Below, in pieces: positions 54,007 through 59,342 of a stretch of DNA of 59,342 nt. The stretch is from NCBI GenBank assembly GCA_008369845.1, contig MRSU01003554.1:1-59342 (forward strand), read 5' to 3'. The notes beneath the pieces are model-generated. The model was not told the DNA's origin. It did not search any database and worked only from the letters and a program-made list of their open reading frames with translations. The position numbers were made by a program, and so were the translations under genes. Position 1 is the stretch's first letter. Each line of letters opens with the position of its first letter. This DNA is from Trichomonas gallinae (lineage: Eukaryota).

Positions 54007-55572
54007 CAAAAATAAAATATGAAATTTTCCACGACGAAAACTTAATGAAGAAGTGTTTTCCTTGCTATATTTGAAATAGTTTTGCGGATTTCGTTCTGAT
54101 GTAAACAAATTATTAACTACAAAAGCTTCAAAATTAAAAATATTACAAGTAATCATCATTTTATACATAAATATACGCTTCAAATCGAAATTTAATTTTA
54201 TCAAAAATTGCAGCAGCTTTTCCTCAACATTTCGTTTTGATCAGATACTTTTCTCAAGTTATATTGTATAATATAGCTCAAATAGGATCTTATTATATAT
54301 GGATGATGCTATTATCTATTAATATTGCAAATGATATTTTCAATTAGTTTATATAACGTTCGAAAATGTTAATTTGTTGGGGAACATGACATTTGTATGC
54401 TTTTTCGAATATGTATGCAATTGCAATTTTGGAAAGGCGAAATTCAAGCAAACGAAATCGAAAGTACCCTATTTAGGATCAATTGAACGATTTTGTATTG
54501 ATAAGTGATTGCCTATGAGAGAAATTGAACATTTTTGATCATGATTTAGAAATGTTAAATATTACTGTTAAAATCAATTTTGGATTCGATAGTTACAATA
54601 ATATCCGCACATATTAGCTATATATCATAGTTATTTATGTATATATAGCAAATGTAATATTACTGGAGATTCGAACTATATTTATTCAGAATTATAATGA
54701 CTTGCAATATCAATATATACTATCTGCAATCAAATAAACATACTCATACGCTTAGTACATGTAATTTATTTCAAGGAGTAATATCCCATAAAAAAACACA
54801 TTATTTCTGTTTTTTCAATATACATTATATAACATATGATTTGAAGTTTTATGGAATATATTGCAAATATGCAATACACTTTAATTATGATCAATCGCAT
54901 TTCAATTACATTATTTTTATTGTCAACACATATTTTTAACCATGTAAACATTCACATATTACAATGAAATATCCGACAACATCATTACAAACTTCACTAT
55001 ATAATTATTCCGAGTAAAAAAGTGATTATGTTATTTTCGACTCAATCGAGAATTATATTCCTGTCAGGGAAAAATCTGCAACGTGAAAATAGCTCCATAG
55101 GCGATATTGTATCGATTTGCAATAGGAACTATTTATTAAAATCTATTTTTTATCAAAATTCATAAAGAAAATGCGAAATCATTTCTTTGTCTATATCCCA
55201 TTGCATATATCAATACTCATTAACATCAATATTGAATTTAAGTTCGATAACAAAAGATTTTATCATGTCAGTTCTAGAAAGTACAATAAAACATTGTATT
55301 ATTCGGTACTCAATGTTGGGAATTTTTGGATAAAACCATCAAACTTTTATTACCAGTTTGAATGGATGAAAGTCCATTTTGAATGAAACGATTATTCACA
55401 GGAAATAGTTTTGTGAAATTCAGTTATACATTCATGGACAAGAAGCAACCCATAATTTTTTTTATATAATTGAAATGCATCACAAATTTTGATACATTTT
55501 TTGACAAAATTTAATTATAGTATTTCAAATTTTGATATCTGATTTAAAATAATAAAAAACTATAATTTTTTC

Positions 55573-58500
55573 ATGCTTCCTTTGCTCGTTTCTCTTTCCG
55601 AGGCAGCATATCCAGATAAATATGGTGGGCTACCTAATGGTGCTAAAGGATCACTCGATTACTGCTACGCAACAAAGAAAGGAAATTGCATATCAATAAC
55701 AGGCAATACAAATATGGCAAGTGAAGGTACAAGAGTATATTTCAGAATTTACGATGAAAAAAACATCCCTATGGAATGGACGATGCTTAAACATTCAACA
55801 ACATCTTGGTCTGGTAATGGATGGAAAATTACATATGGTGTAGAAAGAAATGCATATAAAGATGTTTTGCAATCATTTTACGAAATTACAAATAATGCCG
55901 GTCGCGATTTTTATTTCGATCTTGCGTTCTACACTCCTATCAATTTTGGTGAAAATGGTACACATGCCCGATTGTTTATAGATGGTAATGGTGATGCAAT
56001 TGGTATTGATGGCGGAGATAAAAAGATGTATTTCCAAGTAAAGAAGACTCCCTGGTCGATGCACAACGAACTTTATGACTATCTTGGCAGTGTTGATTCG
56101 ATCTATATTGGTCCAACAAAAGAAGAGAAAGATTTACCAGTTCTGGATAATACATATGACAATGAGTATTATTCATCTGGTAATGTAAATTCCGCTATGG
56201 GATTTGCTTGGAAGAAACATCTTCTGAAAAAAGGTGATGCACATAGATTTGGCTTCAAAGTTCAAGTTACCAATGACTTCATACGCTTACCTCTCATTAA
56301 AGATATCACACCTCTTAAAGAATCTTACCCAGATCCATTCATGGTCATACTTAATGTCACAGGCTATGGAAACACACCAGTCGAGGCTCGATTAGGATTT
56401 ACTCCATCATATAGTAAATTATGCGGTACATTCACACCAAAATCTGATATGGAAACAGTAACAGTAAATTGCACGCTCAGCTTTGGGGATAAAAATGTCT
56501 CTAATTACAAGCCTATAGCTATCCAAAATGGTAATAAAGGATGGGAAGCAAGATTCTGGCAAAGACACCTCAAAGAAGGAACAATGAGACCTAAATTAAA
56601 ATTGAAGACTTGGCCTAAAGGCAGCTATTCCGCTTCTGATGCTTATATTTTCATCGATGGTGAAGTTGATGATGAGCACTATGTAAATATTAATTATCAA
56701 TTCGATAAACGAGATGAGGTAGTTGGTGACAGATTTATCACTTCGCAAGAATTTGAAACTCTTCCATTCACTTATAATATCCCATTCCCAACCGATCTTG
56801 GATTTGGCGATAACCACACGATAAAGATCTGGGTAACTGATGACAATGGTTTGTGGTCCGATCCTATTGAACAAATTTTCACATATGGAGCAGCTGAGAA
56901 ACCAATAGTCAGGAACATTTATATTTCGGAAGAAAGGCTTCTCCATAATTCAGGCGAAACACGACTTGTCATTTACGGCGAAGGAATCTACACTAAAGCA
57001 AATAAAATAGCTAAAGTATATGTTCGTGTTGACAATGAGCAATCAGAGCACTTATTAACAACCTTCGAAGCTAAGAATGAACCAGTTCCTATAGCCGGCT
57101 TTTATAATTTTACTGCAAAAGATGCTTCTCATCATACATTCACAGTTTATGCTAGAGATTCAGATGACTCAACGCAAAGTCAACCAGAATCACCTGTTAC
57201 CACACCTCTTATTGTTTGGGATCCAAAATCTGCGCAGGCTTTTGGTAATATTGGCAAGTTCGTTGATAAAACACTCCAAATTGATAAATCTGTCACTACG
57301 TTATTCAATCTCGAATACCAAGATGTTAATCAAAGACCACGGAAAATTTCAGCATTCGATGAAGGTTTCTATTGCAAATTCAAAACATATAGCGGTATTG
57401 ATACAACAAGCTTACTTGGCGAATACGATTTCATACATACAAGTCAAGGAAAAATTAACAAGAATGATTTCGACATTCAATTCAAAATATCTGAAGATCC
57501 GAACACTAAATTCACTGTTGCAAAATTCACTGTGAAAAACAATCAGTTCTTTGAAAGAATTTTCGATTTAGGCATAGTTGTTAATTCAGATTTAGCAGGT
57601 AATCAAAAATCAATTACACATGACAGTGCCGAAAACAAGATTGTAGTTGAGTCCAACGAAGAATTCGTTAGTTACACACTTTTCTATTCCCAATCAGATC
57701 CAAAAGCTGCAGTTACGGGTGTATATCTTGGTAAAATAGAGAGAAAAGATAAAACTTGGAATAAGAAGCCATTCTTCTCAAAGGACAAGAGTTCTCAAAA
57801 TCTAAATGCATACGGTTTGACATGGAGTGCTCAAAAGATTCCAGGTGAAGGTTCAGTTGAGTTCACATTAACATTTGCAGCTTATGGAAAAGTTAAGAGT
57901 CCAACAAGACTCATCGATCGTAAGAATTGGAAGCAACATTATAAGAAGACTGACACTGAAACACTTGATATTGAAGTCATAGATGCAGATAATGATGAAG
58001 AGCTTCTTATCTCTGTAAATGAAAACAACAACATTAACAACTATTCTCTTAAAATCGACCAAAGTCAGCATCGCTTCACTCCTGTATTGAATTTCTCACA
58101 AGTCGGTGAAGCTACAACATACTCAGTTACAGTTCAAGCTTTCGACAAGAATCCACAAACGAGATTCCCTTCAAACATCATTAACAAGATTGTATATTTG
58201 AAGGAACCACCTTCAATAAAGGTTGATGATTTACCAAAGCGCTATTATTCGACAAGAGATAAGCTTGAGACAACTGTTAGTATATCAGGCACATCAGCAC
58301 AAAAGGTTGATATTTATTACAGGTTATTATTACCAAGTCAGTCAGGAATGGCCGAGAGTGCTGAGAGACTTGCAAAAAGAGGTGTCCTAGCAAATGGTGA
58401 AAAAGAGACAATATCAATACCATTAGATAAAGATGTCTTCCCATTAGAAGATGCTATTTGGAAGATTAAGTTATATGCTAAAGATGACAAGCTTATGTCA

Positions 58501-58857
58501 GAAGTTAAGGAACTCGAATTCAACTTGAATCCATATGATCCACCTAAGCTATTCCGGGCAGGCATTTCTAAGAAGTCTGCGCACGTTGGTGAGCGTATTC
58601 TTGGCTATGTTGTTGTCAACGATAACCAAAATGACTTCCTTGAAATTTATGTTTCATTTGATAAAATTAATTTCCCAAGTATTCCAACACACACTATCAA
58701 TAAAAATGTAAATGCTGGCCGTGATACTCCATATGCATTTTACTGGAATGTCCCAGCTACCGAAACAGGAGTCAAAGATGTTTACATCATGGTTAAAGAT
58801 TCCGAAGGTGCCTCATCTGCGGTAGTTGGACCAAATACATTAGTAATTACAGGTTAA
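55573..58857 (+). CDS. Secreted Bap-like / Ig-fold repeat protein (1094 aa)
   Basis: Short signal peptide MLPLLVSLSEA, beta-rich sequence, repeated Ig-like strands (HTIKIWVTDDNG, HTFTVYARDSD, VTVQAFDK, KLYAKDD, YIMVKDSEG), and no C-terminal TM. Confidence 0.85.
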   Translation: MLPLLVSLSEAAYPDKYGGLPNGAKGSLDYCYATKKGNCISITGNTNMASEGTRVYFRIYDEKNIPMEWTMLKHSTTSWSGNGWKITYGVERNAYKDVLQSFYEITNNAGRDFYFDLAFYTPINFGENGTHARLFIDGNGDAIGIDGGDKKMYFQVKKTPWSMHNELYDYLGSVDSIYIGPTKEEKDLPVLDNTYDNEYYSSGNVNSAMGFAWKKHLLKKGDAHRFGFKVQVTNDFIRLPLIKDITPLKESYPDPFMVILNVTGYGNTPVEARLGFTPSYSKLCGTFTPKSDMETVTVNCTLSFGDKNVSNYKPIAIQNGNKGWEARFWQRHLKEGTMRPKLKLKTWPKGSYSASDAYIFIDGEVDDEHYVNINYQFDKRDEVVGDRFITSQEFETLPFTYNIPFPTDLGFGDNHTIKIWVTDDNGLWSDPIEQIFTYGAAEKPIVRNIYISEERLLHNSGETRLVIYGEGIYTKANKIAKVYVRVDNEQSEHLLTTFEAKNEPVPIAGFYNFTAKDASHHTFTVYARDSDDSTQSQPESPVTTPLIVWDPKSAQAFGNIGKFVDKTLQIDKSVTTLFNLEYQDVNQRPRKISAFDEGFYCKFKTYSGIDTTSLLGEYDFIHTSQGKINKNDFDIQFKISEDPNTKFTVAKFTVKNNQFFERIFDLGIVVNSDLAGNQKSITHDSAENKIVVESNEEFVSYTLFYSQSDPKAAVTGVYLGKIERKDKTWNKKPFFSKDKSSQNLNAYGLTWSAQKIPGEGSVEFTLTFAAYGKVKSPTRLIDRKNWKQHYKKTDTETLDIEVIDADNDEELLISVNENNNINNYSLKIDQSQHRFTPVLNFSQVGEATTYSVTVQAFDKNPQTRFPSNIINKIVYLKEPPSIKVDDLPKRYYSTRDKLETTVSISGTSAQKVDIYYRLLLPSQSGMAESAERLAKRGVLANGEKETISIPLDKDVFPLEDAIWKIKLYAKDDKLMSEVKELEFNLNPYDPPKLFRAGISKKSAHVGERILGYVVVNDNQNDFLEIYVSFDKINFPSIPTHTINKNVNAGRDTPYAFYWNVPATETGVKDVYIMVKDSEGASSAVVGPNTLVITG

Positions 58858-59342
58858 TAAACAATTAATCGAATTATTTATTATATGTTTTGAGTGCAGA
58901 AATGAAATTGAATCATAATTTTTCTGTTATAGATCCATTGCGCTGGCTATAGCACCATAATACTGAAATGGAATTTGCAAATGAAATAGCTACATTGTTG
59001 CGACATTAATGTTGGAATAATAAATTGGTTTTTGTAATTCTTTTTGTATTAAGTGTTCAGTGCAAGGCTCGTGTCATACCAGCCAATAGAATGGTGAATT
59101 TCCTCGCCATAGAATAACCTTTGGCGGGAAAATTAAAGTGAATAAGGTTTCATTATAATCTATAAATTTACCATTGTTTTAGCTTATCTGATACACATGG
59201 TGGTGACCAAGGTCATTGAGGTAATCTATTTTTTATTTTTTTCACGGTGTGAAAATAGATTTAAGTTTAAATCAATAAATGCCAAATATGATTCATCTTA
59301 TACCAGTATTTGCCATAAAATTGATGAAAACTCAACAAAATA

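Noticed and set aside
54697..55386. Short AT-rich ORFs
   Set aside because: Intergenic composition, Ile/Tyr/Phe/Asn-rich translations and no motifs.
58930..59342. Slightly GC-richer tail, possibly a decayed gene
   Set aside because: No ORF of 60 aa or more, no recognisable motif, and truncated by the window edge.

Overview
This is AT-rich eukaryotic genomic DNA with about 24 apparently intronless single-ORF genes separated by very AT-rich spacers. It is most likely from a trichomonad (Trichomonas-like parabasalid). The basis is TCA(C/T)(T/A) initiator motifs just upstream of ATGs, stop codons that often read TAAA (the trichomonad poly(A) signal), and typical expanded families: DUF3447/ankyrin, long coiled-coils, CK1, bromodomain, Sel1-pseudokinase and a Bap-like secreted protein. 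Recognisable genes are a PQ-loop transporter, CTNNBL1, ADA2, TBCCD1, a VPS9 GEF, a Moco-sulfurase-like PLP enzyme with a signal peptide, MED27, NDC1, CK1, an importin-beta-like protein, an EF-hand/WD40 protein, an SLC12 cotransporter and XPB. No rRNA, tRNA, CRISPR array or intact transposon is visible. The most interesting non-annotated signals are a GC-rich hairpin island (13610-13675), a box C/D snoRNA candidate (16932-17026), a recurrent AAAAGTGAC/TGACA motif at promoters, three unrelated tandem repeats of about 110 bp period, and possible TTAA-flanked (Kolobok-like) element ends. All family assignments come from motifs recognised by eye; no database search was run.
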